In this document: one piece after another, positions 37,130 through 47,191 of the stretch | Numbering within the stretch: position 1 is the first letter of the stretch | How the letters are laid out: each line of letters begins with the position of its first letter | From: an uncultured Candidatus Saccharibacteria bacterium | GTDB lineage: Bacteria > Patescibacteriota > Minisyncoccia > Phycocordibacterales > UBA9973 | Length of the DNA: 64,000 nt | Assembly (NCBI GenBank): GCA_964496425.1 | Contig: CAZBZO010000001.1 | Coordinates: forward strand, 7,265 to 71,264 | Direction of reading: 5' to 3' | The notes under the pieces: generated by a model | What the model was told of the DNA's origin: nothing | The model's input: the letters and a program-made list of their open reading frames with translations, nothing else | Database searches by the model: none | Program-made: the position numbers and the translations under genes

Positions 37130-37203
37130 TGTCGGCGCCAAGACTTGCACTTGGGACCTTGGCTTTATGAGTGCCATGCTCTAACTACCTGAGCTACGCC
37201 GAC
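37130..37203 (-). tRNA. tRNA with CAT anticodon (elongator Met or Ile2)
   Basis: GTCGGCG acceptor, TGGCA-CTCATAA-AGCCA anticodon arm, atypical T-loop TGCAAGT. Confidence 0.88.
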
Positions 37204-37265
37204 GTACGGAGAATATATCATATTACCGTCTGGTTTCAAATCACGTGCAAAAAATCCAGGATGTC

Positions 37266-37877
37266 TTAAATAACCTCAAGTTCGGTAAACACTGTCTCGT
37301 AGAGCGCGATCACTCGTTTGGCTTCGCGCTCAGTGAGTTCGTACCCAGTACCTTGGTGAGCAACCATATTACGCACATTGTGAGCTTCCCAGGCGTTGGA
37401 AAGTGTGCGGAAGGTACCTGGATCAGCATTGGTCAAACGCTCGCCGAGCGTTTCTCCCAGAAAATCTTGCTCTGCCAGTACCTCGTCGAGCATAGAATCA
37501 GCGTCGATCACCGCTACGCGCCAGTCGGACTGCGTACCACCATTGACCCGAGCCACAATAGCTTCCCAGCGGGCATTTTGCGGTCCTTTTTCTTCGTGCA
37601 TTTTTGCTTCGGCAATATGGTGCTTGAGCTCTTCATGCTCGAGATTTTGAAGCTCGATCACTCGGATCAAGGCATAGAGCGCCATGGCAATAGCAAAAAT
37701 TGTAATCAAAAGGATAATAGTTTTAATCGAAGCAAATCCCCCACCAGTAGAAGTCGCAAAGAAATGCCCGACCGCTTGAAAAAACTGAAGTATTTTATAA
37801 AAAAAATATTCGACGTTGATATAGGTCGGATCAAACAGTGGCTTATCAAAAAATGTGGAAGTGGCAGTCGGCTCCAT
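37266..37877 (-). CDS. Hypothetical membrane protein downstream of gatA
   Basis: TM segment plus WRVAVIDAD...GETLGERL...AHNVRN domain. Confidence 0.7.
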   Translation of the reverse strand: MEPTATSTFFDKPLFDPTYINVEYFFYKILQFFQAVGHFFATSTGGGFASIKTIILLITIFAIAMALYALIRVIELQNLEHEELKHHIAEAKMHEEKGPQNARWEAIVARVNGGTQSDWRVAVIDADSMLDEVLAEQDFLGETLGERLTNADPGTFRTLSNAWEAHNVRNMVAHQGTGYELTEREAKRVIALYETVFTELEVI

Positions 37878-37889
37878 ACAATACCTTCA

Positions 37890-39323
37890 TTATACACGAA
37901 GCGTTTCAAATTCTTTTCCGGCAGAAAAAAGCATATCTTCTCGAAAGTGTGGCGCCATGAGTTGAAACGACAATGGCAAACCTTCTTTTGTATTTCCGGA
38001 CGGAATGGCAATGGATGGACAGCCAGAAATATTCGCGGGGGCTGAAAAAATGTCGCACAAGTACATTGCCACCGGATCGTCGAGTTTTTCTCCGAGCTTA
38101 AATGCAGGTGTTGGCGTCGTCGGTGTCGCGATCAGATCCACCGTTTTAAATGCTTCTTCGATCGAGTTGGTTATTTTCTGCCGCAAAAGAAGCGCTTTGT
38201 TGTAATACGCATCATGGTATCCGTGCGAAAGTATGTAGGTGCCAAGCAGTATTCTTCGGCGAGCTTCTTTGCCAAATCCCTGTCCCCGGCTTTTCATATA
38301 CACATCACGCACATCTACTCCTTTAGCCTGGTAACCATAGCGAATGCCGTCGAAACGAGAAAGATTTGTCGAAACTTCAGCTGGCATAACGATGTAGTAG
38401 ACAGCAAGCGAATATGACAAATCTGGCAAATCAAGATCAACTATTTCGTATCCTGCATCTTTTAAACGAGTAAGGTTTTCTTCGAAGTTGGCAAGGACAC
38501 TTGCATCAATACCACCGCCAGTGAGAAAACTTCGTGGCACGCCGATCTTTTTTGATTTTACTTTTGAACTATCCACGCCTTTTGTACGGGATGCTGCAGG
38601 CACTGACGTACTATCGAGTGGATCATGCTGAGCTAAAACTTCAAATATAATTTCAGCCTCACGAACAGTCTTGGTAAATGGTGCCACCTGATCAAGCGAA
38701 GAGCCCATGGCAATAATGCCTGAACGAGAAAGTGCTCCGTAGGTCGGCTTAAATCCGACCAAACCACAAAAGGAAGCAGGCTGCCGTACCGAACCGCACG
38801 TTTCAGTGCCAAGGGCAGCTAGCGTAAGATGTGCTGCTGTGGCCGCTGCCGAGCCACCAGATGAACCCCCTGGTACGCGTGATGTGTCATATGGATTTCG
38901 TGTGACGCCATAGGCTGATGTTTGCGTGGAAGATCCCATAGCAAATTCATCCATATTGGTCCGGCCCAAAATCACGGCGCCTTCTTTTTTAAGAAGTGCG
39001 ACGACGGTTGCATCGTACGTCGCGCGATAGTTTTCAAGTATTTTCGATCCAGCACTAACCTGCTTGCCTTCTACTAAAATATTGTCTTTGAGGGCAAACG
39101 GTATGCCAGTGAGAAGGGTCGCCGTGCCATTTTTTATTCGTTGATCTGCCTGGTCAGCGAAGTGGAGCGCATCAGAAAATACTTCAAGGTAGGCATGGAT
39201 CTCACCGTCCTTCTCGGCAATAGCCGCTATATAGGCTTCGGTCAGTGCTCTCGCAGTAAATTCACCCGCTATAAACGCAGCATGTGCTTTTTCTATAGTC
39301 AGATTTGGAAGATCAATCGGCAT
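37890..39323 (-). CDS. gatA: Asp/Glu-tRNA amidotransferase subunit A
   Basis: KDNI, TNMDEFAMGSS, PGGSSGGSAA and GSVRQPA. Confidence 0.97.
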   Translation of the reverse strand: MPIDLPNLTIEKAHAAFIAGEFTARALTEAYIAAIAEKDGEIHAYLEVFSDALHFADQADQRIKNGTATLLTGIPFALKDNILVEGKQVSAGSKILENYRATYDATVVALLKKEGAVILGRTNMDEFAMGSSTQTSAYGVTRNPYDTSRVPGGSSGGSAAATAAHLTLAALGTETCGSVRQPASFCGLVGFKPTYGALSRSGIIAMGSSLDQVAPFTKTVREAEIIFEVLAQHDPLDSTSVPAASRTKGVDSSKVKSKKIGVPRSFLTGGGIDASVLANFEENLTRLKDAGYEIVDLDLPDLSYSLAVYYIVMPAEVSTNLSRFDGIRYGYQAKGVDVRDVYMKSRGQGFGKEARRRILLGTYILSHGYHDAYYNKALLLRQKITNSIEEAFKTVDLIATPTTPTPAFKLGEKLDDPVAMYLCDIFSAPANISGCPSIAIPSGNTKEGLPLSFQLMAPHFREDMLFSAGKEFETLRV

Positions 39324-39325
39324 AG

Positions 39326-39604
39326 TTAGAGGATCTGTTTAACTTTTATATATCCGTCTTCCGTATCAGGTGCCTCTTTGAGCATGCGTAGAGTATAGGA
39401 ACCAGGGATTTTCGGGTTTTCATCAGCACGCATAACGTTTCGATGAGTAGAAACTGCCAAGACGGCGTCATCAATCGTAGCGCTTTTGATTTCATCAATA
39501 TACGAGAGAATACTTTCAAAATCCTTAATCAACCCTTCTTTTTCAGAACTTTCTATTTCCAACCGTGCAAGCTCCGCCAAGGCGTCTATTTCTGGTATCG
39601 TCAT
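39326..39604 (-). CDS. gatC: Asp/Glu-tRNA amidotransferase subunit C
   Basis: LAELARL, MRADE and GYIKVKQIL; upstream of gatA; likely start ATG 39604. Confidence 0.9.
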   Translation of the reverse strand: MTIPEIDALAELARLEIESSEKEGLIKDFESILSYIDEIKSATIDDAVLAVSTHRNVMRADENPKIPGSYTLRMLKEAPDTEDGYIKVKQIL

Positions 39605-39627
39605 AGGCCAATTATACACGAAACTAT

Positions 39628-41664
39628 TTACATCTCCATCATGCGCCGAAGTGTTGGTTCGTCGATAATCGATACGCCAAGACTTTGAGCTTTTTGGTAT
39701 TTACTACCCGGATTTTCCCCCGCAAGAACAAAGCTGGTTTCTTTTGAGACCGCACTCGCCACCTTGCCGCCGGCTTTTTCAATCAAGGCTTTGGCTTCAT
39801 CGCGACTCAAGTGAGGAAGGGTGCCAGTGATCACAAAAGTGCGCCCAGTGAAGCGACCAGGTTTTGTTTTTTGGAGGGCTTCGATCGAGACTCCACTTTC
39901 TAAAAGTTTTCGTATCATGGCCTGCCTGTGGGGCAATTGGAAAAATTCATAGAGGCTTTTAGAAACCACAGGGCCGATATTGGGGATAGCTTGTATGGTT
40001 TCAGGCGTCGCCTTCATCACCGCCGGCAACGTTTTGAAGTGAGTCGCAATATCTTTTGCTGTTTGTTCACCAACATGAAGAATACCTAAGGCGTAAATAA
40101 ACCGCCACAGTGGAACTTTGCGATGCATGCGTATCGAATCAATAATATTTTTTGCAGACTTTTCTCCAAACCGTGAGAGTCCAGAAAGATCATCTTCAGT
40201 AAGTAAAAAAAGATCAGCCGCATCACTTATCAGACCTTCTTCTTTGAAGCGAAGGAGGACTTTTGGACCAATCTCATAAATCTCAAAAATATTCACGAAA
40301 TGCTCGAGGCTGCGAATATTTTTGGCGGGACACTCTCTGTTGCTACAGTAATACGTTGTTCGTTCCTCATCTTTATTTTTTTTGCCAGTGTGTGTGACTC
40401 GCTTCTCGACCTCACTCATACACACTGGGCACGTCTTTGGCATATGCCAGACTTTTTCTTTACCACTTCGAAGCTTGGTCAAGACTTCCACAACTTCAGG
40501 TATCACATCCCCAGCTTTTTGAATAACGACCGTATCGCCCACTCGCACATCAAGCCGGCGAATCTGGTCAATGTTATGGAGTGTTGCCTTGGCAACGGTC
40601 GAGCCGGCTACTTCAGTCGGACGAAAATGGGCAAGCGGCGTCAAAATACCAGTACGTCCAACATTTGTGGAAATAGAAAGCACAACGGTGGTAGCTTTTT
40701 CTGCAGGATATTTATAGGCAATAACTGCCCGCGGCGCCTTCCCTGCCACACCAAGACGTTGATAGAGTAGAGTTGCATTGATCGAGACTACCACGCCATC
40801 AATACCAAATGGCAGCTTTTCGCGAGCATGTTCTATGCGGGAAATAAAATCAAAAATAGCAGAGAGCCCATGAGTCGTAGTGGTATGAAGATCAACTTGA
40901 AATCCAAGAGCCTGTAGTACCTCGTGTTTGCCAGCATGGGTCGCTATTTTTTTCTCCCAGGAAGCCCCTTCAACACTGGCTATTTCATACGCAAAAAAAT
41001 CCAGGTGTCGCGCTTTTGTAAGTGCCGGATCAAGCTGCCGCAAAGAGCCAGCGGCCGCATTTCGAGAATTGGCAAACAACGGCCGGCCAGCACGAGTATT
41101 TTCAGCATTGAGTTTAGATAAGGTGGCCTTCCGCATAATACCTTCACCACGCACTTCAACGAAGGTTGGGTATGGTGCGATAAGTGAAAGCGGTACGCTT
41201 TCGATCATTTTTAAATTTTCAGTGATATCTTCGCCAATTTCTCCATCCCCACGAGTGGCACCGCGAATAAATTTTCCATTTTCATACACAAGGGATATGG
41301 CGAGACCATCAAACTTGAGCTCACTAAAATATTCCAACTCAGCATTTTTTTCTAAAAGTTTTTTATTGCGTTTCTCCCATGCTGCAAGTTCATCAAAAGA
41401 AAAAGCATTGTCGAGCGAAAGGAGCCGTGTGGTATGGCGGACCTTTTCAAATTTGGGAAGTGGTTTGCCGGCCACGCGATACATAGAGGCAGTGGGATCA
41501 TCAAATTCTGGATATGATTTCAATAATTCTTGGAGCTCCTTGGTAAGCGAATCATAGACTTCATCTGTGACGGTGGGGTCGTTTTTGACATGGTAGGCAG
41601 TTCGAAGACGCTCGATTTCGGCTCGAAGCTTCAGAACGCGTGCTTTGGCAGTTTTAGGAGTCAT
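39628..41664 (-). CDS. ligA: NAD-dependent DNA ligase
   Basis: ELKFDG, TRGDG, RNAAAGSLRQLD, zinc finger, HhH and BRCT domains. Confidence 0.98.
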   Translation of the reverse strand: MTPKTAKARVLKLRAEIERLRTAYHVKNDPTVTDEVYDSLTKELQELLKSYPEFDDPTASMYRVAGKPLPKFEKVRHTTRLLSLDNAFSFDELAAWEKRNKKLLEKNAELEYFSELKFDGLAISLVYENGKFIRGATRGDGEIGEDITENLKMIESVPLSLIAPYPTFVEVRGEGIMRKATLSKLNAENTRAGRPLFANSRNAAAGSLRQLDPALTKARHLDFFAYEIASVEGASWEKKIATHAGKHEVLQALGFQVDLHTTTTHGLSAIFDFISRIEHAREKLPFGIDGVVVSINATLLYQRLGVAGKAPRAVIAYKYPAEKATTVVLSISTNVGRTGILTPLAHFRPTEVAGSTVAKATLHNIDQIRRLDVRVGDTVVIQKAGDVIPEVVEVLTKLRSGKEKVWHMPKTCPVCMSEVEKRVTHTGKKNKDEERTTYYCSNRECPAKNIRSLEHFVNIFEIYEIGPKVLLRFKEEGLISDAADLFLLTEDDLSGLSRFGEKSAKNIIDSIRMHRKVPLWRFIYALGILHVGEQTAKDIATHFKTLPAVMKATPETIQAIPNIGPVVSKSLYEFFQLPHRQAMIRKLLESGVSIEALQKTKPGRFTGRTFVITGTLPHLSRDEAKALIEKAGGKVASAVSKETSFVLAGENPGSKYQKAQSLGVSIIDEPTLRRMMEM

Positions 41665-41756
41665 ACCCTCCAGTATACTTCAATTGGCAAGCGCATTGAA
41701 GTACGGATGCAAAGCAAGAAAAACATCTTCCTACTTTAGTTTCCTAGAAATCTAAA

Positions 41757-42311
41757 TTAATTAGGATATTGGACTTTCAGCGAACGTTCTACGATCCGCA
41801 GACTAGAAGTACTGGAAATATCATCACACGCAGCATTGTACCCAAACGATTCAATTTTTGTGCCAATAATGGGGTTGCCGAGAGCATCCTTTCCAACTTC
41901 AGTATTTTTTGTGACCTTAAGATGCGCACAACCCTCCCCGATTGGTAGCCCTGCAGAAGCCAGAGGAAAATCGTAGACGACAAGCCCATCACCTTCATCG
42001 GCACTTCCGTTACCTACCATAGCAGTTTCGTTGCAGCTAATGATAGGAAATTGAGTACCTCCATTTGCTACCCCAATAAAAATATCCGTCTGTCGATCCC
42101 AATAGAGTCCACATTCCGCTCCAGCATCGGCGGCAAAAAAAGAAATAGTAGAATCACGTGCTTGAATTGCCAAGAGCTGCTCTTTGTAATTAACATTAGA
42201 AATACCAAGGGCCATTGCCAAAATAATACTTGAGATAACAACAGTAAACAGCAACACGAAGCCACGTGTTTGTCCCCAATACAACTTTGCATGTTTTAAC
42301 TTTGATTCCAT
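41757..42311 (-). CDS. Minor pilin, PilX-like (lacks Glu5)
   Basis: RGFVLLFTVVI and FAADAGAEC. Confidence 0.8.
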   Translation of the reverse strand: MESKLKHAKLYWGQTRGFVLLFTVVISSIILAMALGISNVNYKEQLLAIQARDSTISFFAADAGAECGLYWDRQTDIFIGVANGGTQFPIISCNETAMVGNGSADEGDGLVVYDFPLASAGLPIGEGCAHLKVTKNTEVGKDALGNPIIGTKIESFGYNAACDDISSTSSLRIVERSLKVQYPN

Positions 42312-42312
42312 A

Positions 42313-42879
42313 TTATTGCCATCCAAAAAGATTCTCTGTAAGTGTCACAGATTTAGTTGATAGTCCTACGTTCCATGAGACCGTAGAAGTAACCCTCACC
42401 TCATCGGCACTCAACTGGTTGTTGCCTGGATCTGCGAGGTCGATTCGGACCGTCCGCGTGAAGCCCGTATTACCAAGCGCAGTGTAATTGTAATATCCCT
42501 GCGAGTCTCTATAGAGGACTTCGCAGATATTGTTGAGACATTTTTTAGTTTTAAGTTGTCCGCCGCTATATGCGATTCCGCAATTTTTATTTGCACAGTT
42601 CCCGAGGGGATGGGTCACAGAAAATATCTGTTCAAAAGAAATTGCGGGATCTGCTATATATTCACTGTCGCGGATAGCCCGTACATACTCTATACCCTCT
42701 TGTGCTAAATACGAGGCCATAAGTTGATCGCGTGCAAAATTGGTTCCACTAATGCCCTGCGACGAAATAACCACCAATCCCAAAAGTGACAGGGTGAAAA
42801 TAGAAAGCGCAATGAGAGTCTCCACCAGCGTGAAGCCGGCAACGCGTTTTTGTTTTTTTGTAGAGAGGATTGGTTTCAT
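42313..42879 (-). CDS. Minor pilin, PilV-like
   Basis: GFTLVETLIA and YLAQEGIE. Confidence 0.85.
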   Translation of the reverse strand: MKPILSTKKQKRVAGFTLVETLIALSIFTLSLLGLVVISSQGISGTNFARDQLMASYLAQEGIEYVRAIRDSEYIADPAISFEQIFSVTHPLGNCANKNCGIAYSGGQLKTKKCLNNICEVLYRDSQGYYNYTALGNTGFTRTVRIDLADPGNNQLSADEVRVTSTVSWNVGLSTKSVTLTENLFGWQ

Positions 42880-42881
42880 AA

Positions 42882-43628
42882 TTAAAAATCAAGCAAGCGC
42901 TGCGTTACGGTAGTTTCAATATTAAATGATGATTGAGTTTTTTTATATGTAGTCGTTCCCGAAAGTCTGATCACGATATACGGCTGTATCATATCGGCAC
43001 TGCAGTCGTTTGAAAAACTCGGGCATGCCCCAACAACGCTAAAGCCAGACTTGGTGCGGTCGATATAAATAGCTGTAACATTTGGGTCATTCCCATTGCC
43101 ATCAGGAGTGATATTAGGAGAAAGATCAAAAAAAGTTTGCCCGCCATCAACAGACTTTTCAATGATACCGTGAGTGTTATCATTCATATCTGAACCAGAT
43201 TCAGGGAGCCGGATGTTATACACGAGCTGATCATCAAGGTGGTTGCTGCTCGCATCGGGGTGTTCCCCACCGAACCGTTCCACCCCAATTGCAAACGTGG
43301 ACGTATTATTTGAACAACTTTTAGGCCCTGCAAGCGGAGAACTCAGATCACCGTCAGCACTGGCCATGTTTGTAGTTGTAGTCAAGCAATGATAGGTATT
43401 ACCGATGCGAATATTGCGCACAATATCTTCCATAATAAAACTAACACTGTCATTGACTGCTCGTTGGCTGCGGCTTTTTTGATCAGAGAGACTAATATTT
43501 AAAAGCGCACCAATACCCATAACCATAATAACGGTAAAGATCGTCACCGCCACCATCATTTCGATGAGAGTGAAACCGCCTTCGGCGTGTTTTCTTTCTT
43601 TTGTGCGCATAATCTTCATACTATTCAT
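42882..43628 (-). CDS. Minor pilin, PilW-like
   Basis: GFTLIEMMVA prepilin cleavage motif. Confidence 0.85.
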   Translation of the reverse strand: MNSMKIMRTKERKHAEGGFTLIEMMVAVTIFTVIMVMGIGALLNISLSDQKSRSQRAVNDSVSFIMEDIVRNIRIGNTYHCLTTTTNMASADGDLSSPLAGPKSCSNNTSTFAIGVERFGGEHPDASSNHLDDQLVYNIRLPESGSDMNDNTHGIIEKSVDGGQTFFDLSPNITPDGNGNDPNVTAIYIDRTKSGFSVVGACPSFSNDCSADMIQPYIVIRLSGTTTYKKTQSSFNIETTVTQRLLDF

Positions 43629-44304
43629 ATGAGGAGCCCCCATTGCGTACGCTGATTTGCCCGACCTTGGAAACCATAATAGTTTTTTTGCTATTAGTAC
43701 TTGGTGAAGTAATTTCGATTTCTACCCCGCCTGCAAATGCTGTTTTTTTATCATTGTTCATAATGATTGCATCAGGAAATGGACGAGTAAATGTAATAGC
43801 CACGCCAGTAGTTACTTTTAAACAAGAATTATTATTCTTGCCCGTGTCGCAAATCTTGCTCACGTATTCACCGGTCGTGATGGTGGTCTGGGATATACAT
43901 TGTATGCTTGGACAGACAAGGTTTGGGCTTTTGAGTTTCAAAATACCATCGTGGTTGTCATCAAAAAAATACGTGAATTGCTTGTAATTATTCTGGGCAT
44001 TGTCAGGGCTTGTTGTAAAATAGACCCCATATGTTGGAGAAATGGTGCCAGGAATGAGATTGGAATTGAGTGTACCTGAAATTGCCGATTTCTGGGCCTG
44101 GGCAATACGAAGCGCGATATCCTGGGCGAGATTTTCAATCTTAACATTGGCGGCAAATTTACCATATTGGAAAATGACAACTGTTGAAAGAATACCAAAA
44201 ATTGAGAGTACAAAAATAAGTTCGATAAATGTTAACCCCCGCTCGTCATGGAACTTTGTGCGGGAAAAGTGAAATTTATCTTTTATTTTTGTAATGATAC
44301 GCAT
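43621..44304 (-). CDS. Minor pilin, FimT/FimU-like
   Basis: GLTFIELIFV; start moved to ATG 44304. Confidence 0.82.
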   Translation of the reverse strand: MRIITKIKDKFHFSRTKFHDERGLTFIELIFVLSIFGILSTVVIFQYGKFAANVKIENLAQDIALRIAQAQKSAISGTLNSNLIPGTISPTYGVYFTTSPDNAQNNYKQFTYFFDDNHDGILKLKSPNLVCPSIQCISQTTITTGEYVSKICDTGKNNNSCLKVTTGVAITFTRPFPDAIIMNNDKKTAFAGGVEIEITSPSTNSKKTIMVSKVGQISVRNGGSSYE

Positions 44305-44311
44305 GTATAAT

Positions 44312-45133
44312 TTATTTCGCAAACCAATCAAGAATCGTCGTGATCTTAATATCAAAGAGAAATACAATGAATGTGGCGAGCGCCAAAAACGGCCCAAACG
44401 GAATCTGAGACTTCATCGAGACCGTTTTCTTTTTGAGTTTGAAATGAGGTAACACAAGAAGAAATATCCCGATGATTGCACCGATCCAAAAAGCAATAAA
44501 TACTGCCGCAATACCCCCCGAAAGTCCGAGTAATAACCCCATGCCAACCATAAACTTTGGATCGCCGAGTCCCATCAAGCGACCTCGAGAAAAAAGCCAC
44601 AAGAGCGCAAATGGTAGAGCGATAATAAATCCAGCCAAGAGCTCGAGGATAGATGGTAGATGGATGATAAGCGTATCCCCGCTTACAAAAAAGAGAGCGA
44701 CAAGTGCGCAGAACCAAAATAAAAAAACAAACTTATCTGGAATGATCGTATGCTTGATGTCATAGGCCGAAATAACGATGAGAATTGAAAAGATGAATGA
44801 ATAGAGCGCGACTAAAATCAAAAAGAGTGTGACCGAACCAGGCAGAAGGTATGAGAACTTAAAAGCAATGAGCGTAAACATTGCTCCTGTTGCTGCTTCA
44901 ATGATTGGATACTGATGTGAAATACGTGATGCACATTTGGTGCATTTACCTCCCTGCGCCAAGTAGCTCGCAAGTGGAACAAGCTCGTACCAGACCAAAG
45001 TCTTGGCACAAGACATGCAGAAAGAACGCCCGCCCAAGGTTTTGCCACTATTGTGGCGATAGATGACAACATTTAAAAAGCTTCCAATAATCGTTCCGAG
45101 GAAAAAAATAATGATAGCAATAACAAGAGCCAT
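44312..45133 (-). CDS. pilD: Prepilin peptidase
   Basis: GSFLNVVIYR, two CxxC pairs, YDI, MGLGD and IPFGPFL. Confidence 0.95.
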   Translation of the reverse strand: MALVIAIIIFFLGTIIGSFLNVVIYRHNSGKTLGGRSFCMSCAKTLVWYELVPLASYLAQGGKCTKCASRISHQYPIIEAATGAMFTLIAFKFSYLLPGSVTLFLILVALYSFIFSILIVISAYDIKHTIIPDKFVFLFWFCALVALFFVSGDTLIIHLPSILELLAGFIIALPFALLWLFSRGRLMGLGDPKFMVGMGLLLGLSGGIAAVFIAFWIGAIIGIFLLVLPHFKLKKKTVSMKSQIPFGPFLALATFIVFLFDIKITTILDWFAK

Positions 45134-45209
45134 GTACTATTAGTATAAACCTTAACAACAAAAAAAGCTAAGCTGCGGCTTAAAAAATTGAGACAGCGTC
45201 GTTAAAGTA

Positions 45210-45761
45210 TTATTGGCAAGAATAAGGTGGGGTACCATCTAAAGTAATATTAAGAAATGCAGCCTCAAAATCCTCCGTAGTAACTGGCATTGGCCCTTCA
45301 TATGTAATCGCTGCTCCTACCCAATCGACACAAAATGCTCCTGTGGAAATACTTGCGGCAAGTACCCATTGCCCCCCGCTTGAAGGAACTAGACCATCAT
45401 AGCCATAGTAGACAACAGTATCAACAGGCATTCCACTGATCAAATTAGTCAAACTACCAGTAGTAAAATCATCAGAAAAAAGAGTCACTCCGACAATGGG
45501 ATTAGTGTTTTCTGTAACTATAGTAGCGACTTCCCCATCGACACTTACAAGCCCATCAGGATCCACGGGGGCCCATAGTTCTGCTTGTGGTCTTGCGCCT
45601 GAAAGCTGAGCTTGTATTTTCACATCATTGGCACGCGTACGAGCGGTACCCAGAGATGAGAGTACAATCGCTGCCAAAATACCGATAATAGCGATAACGA
45701 CCAAGAGTTCGATGAGTGTGAAACCTACCGTACTTTGAAAAATTTTTTTATTAAAGTTCAT
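45210..45761 (-). CDS. Type IV major-type pilin 3
   Basis: GFTLIELLVVIAIIGILAAIV; start ATG 45761; FCVD and terminal Cys. Confidence 0.88.
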   Translation of the reverse strand: MNFNKKIFQSTVGFTLIELLVVIAIIGILAAIVLSSLGTARTRANDVKIQAQLSGARPQAELWAPVDPDGLVSVDGEVATIVTENTNPIVGVTLFSDDFTTGSLTNLISGMPVDTVVYYGYDGLVPSSGGQWVLAASISTGAFCVDWVGAAITYEGPMPVTTEDFEAAFLNITLDGTPPYSCQ

Positions 45762-45867
45762 GTGAAAAATAAAAATGCTATTACAGTATAGCAACCTTGC
45801 TTCAAAATACCAAAAACAAAACCACCGACATGGGTGGTTTTGTTCAACATTATATAAAATGCCAAGC

Positions 45868-46398
45868 TTACTTACACGCTGTTCCACTGGCAGTTTTTGC
45901 AGCAGTCGCTCCAGCGCCAGTCAAAGCATCGTATGCATTACCTGCTCTGTTTTTTGAACTGGAATACCCCGTGCTGTCTGCACAGAAATATATCGTAGTG
46001 CTATTTTGCGTACTACCTTTGGCCGAGACAGCCCAAGCATTGGTACTACTATCACAGTCTATTCCCAACGCAACATAGTCTCCACTTATTGCTGTAATCG
46101 CAGTAATAAGAGGTGCTACAGAGTTGGTAGTAGGAGTAGTATTAAACATAGTACCTGTTGTAGTACATCCGTTTGTGCCGTTTGATGTACCATAACTTCC
46201 ATTTCCTTCTGAGTTGTAATATAACTCAGCTTGCGCTTTAAGTTCAGACATCTGACCAAGAAGAGAAGCGTCGGTGCCTTTTGAACGAGCACTTGAAAGT
46301 GATGCCAAAACAATCGCTGCCAAAATACCGATAATAGCGATAACGACCAAGAGTTCGATGAGTGTGAAACCTTTTTGAAACTTTTTAGATAAACTCAT
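45868..46398 (-). CDS. Type IV major-type pilin 2
   Basis: MSLSKKFQKGFTLIELLVVIAIIGILAAIV; YFCADSTG. Confidence 0.92.
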   Translation of the reverse strand: MSLSKKFQKGFTLIELLVVIAIIGILAAIVLASLSSARSKGTDASLLGQMSELKAQAELYYNSEGNGSYGTSNGTNGCTTTGTMFNTTPTTNSVAPLITAITAISGDYVALGIDCDSSTNAWAVSAKGSTQNSTTIYFCADSTGYSSSKNRAGNAYDALTGAGATAAKTASGTACK

Positions 46399-46490
46399 AT
46401 TTTATAATTCTATATTAATAATACTCACTTCTAGGGTCACGTGAGCCCTGGGAGTGAACGACCTAAAATTTATAATAGCTAGATTATACC
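46319..46490. repeat. 172-bp exact direct repeat, copy 1 (pilin 5' end, leader and -10)
   Basis: Identical by eye to 46955-47126. Confidence 0.92.
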
Positions 46491-46551
46491 TTACCTATAT
46501 AATGTTACAACTTATTACATATTTCTTACAGGAATAGTATACCACCTAAAA

Positions 46552-46585
46552 ACAAAAAACTACCCCAGTGGGGTAGTTTTTTTGT
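46552..46585 (-). terminator. Terminator after pilin 1
   Basis: ACAAAAAACTACCCC/GGGGTAGTTTTTTTGT. Confidence 0.75.
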
Positions 46586-46602
46586 ACATTAAAGATCGAA
46601 AA

Positions 46603-47034
46603 CTATGGACAGATAGTGGCACCCGCAGCCAACGCTACAGTTCCTGTCTTAGCAGCACCCGTACTATCAACACAGAAGTAATTGGCTGTGTTTGATACCA
46701 TTTGAGCTTGAGCAGCCCATGCAGTTGCAGAACTACCTGCCGTGTGTACAGTGGTTTGAGCATTAATACCAGTCAAGATTGATTGCACTCCAGCATCAGC
46801 AGAAGCCCAAGTGTTACCACCAGTAAACAATGCAGCATATGAACCGCCGTTCGCATAGATTTCAGCCTGTGCGCGAAGTTGTGACAATTCACCTTGAATT
46901 GCAGCGTCTTTGCCTTTTGTACGAGCAGTCGAGAGTGACGCAAGCACGATAGAAGCCAAAATACCGATAATAGCGATAACGACCAAGAGTTCGATGAGTG
47001 TGAAACCTTTTTGAAACTTTTTAGATAAACTCAT
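46603..47034 (-). CDS. pilA: Type IV major pilin 1
   Basis: MSLSKKFQKGFTLIELLVVIAIIGILASIV; YFCVDSTG; follows pilC. Confidence 0.88.
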   Translation of the reverse strand: MSLSKKFQKGFTLIELLVVIAIIGILASIVLASLSTARTKGKDAAIQGELSQLRAQAEIYANGGSYAALFTGGNTWASADAGVQSILTGINAQTTVHTAGSSATAWAAQAQMVSNTANYFCVDSTGAAKTGTVALAAGATICP

Positions 47035-47126
47035 ATTTTATAATTCTATATTAATAATACTCACTTCTAGGGTCACGTGAGCCCTGGGAGTGAACGACCT
47101 AAAATTTATAATAGCTAGATTATACC
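46955..47126. repeat. 172-bp exact direct repeat, copy 2
   Basis: Identical by eye to 46319-46490. Confidence 0.92.
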
Positions 47127-47191
47127 ACGAACAAATACTATCCATTGGCAAATTGAGGACTGTGGATAAGTACAGTCAACGATTCAGTTGC

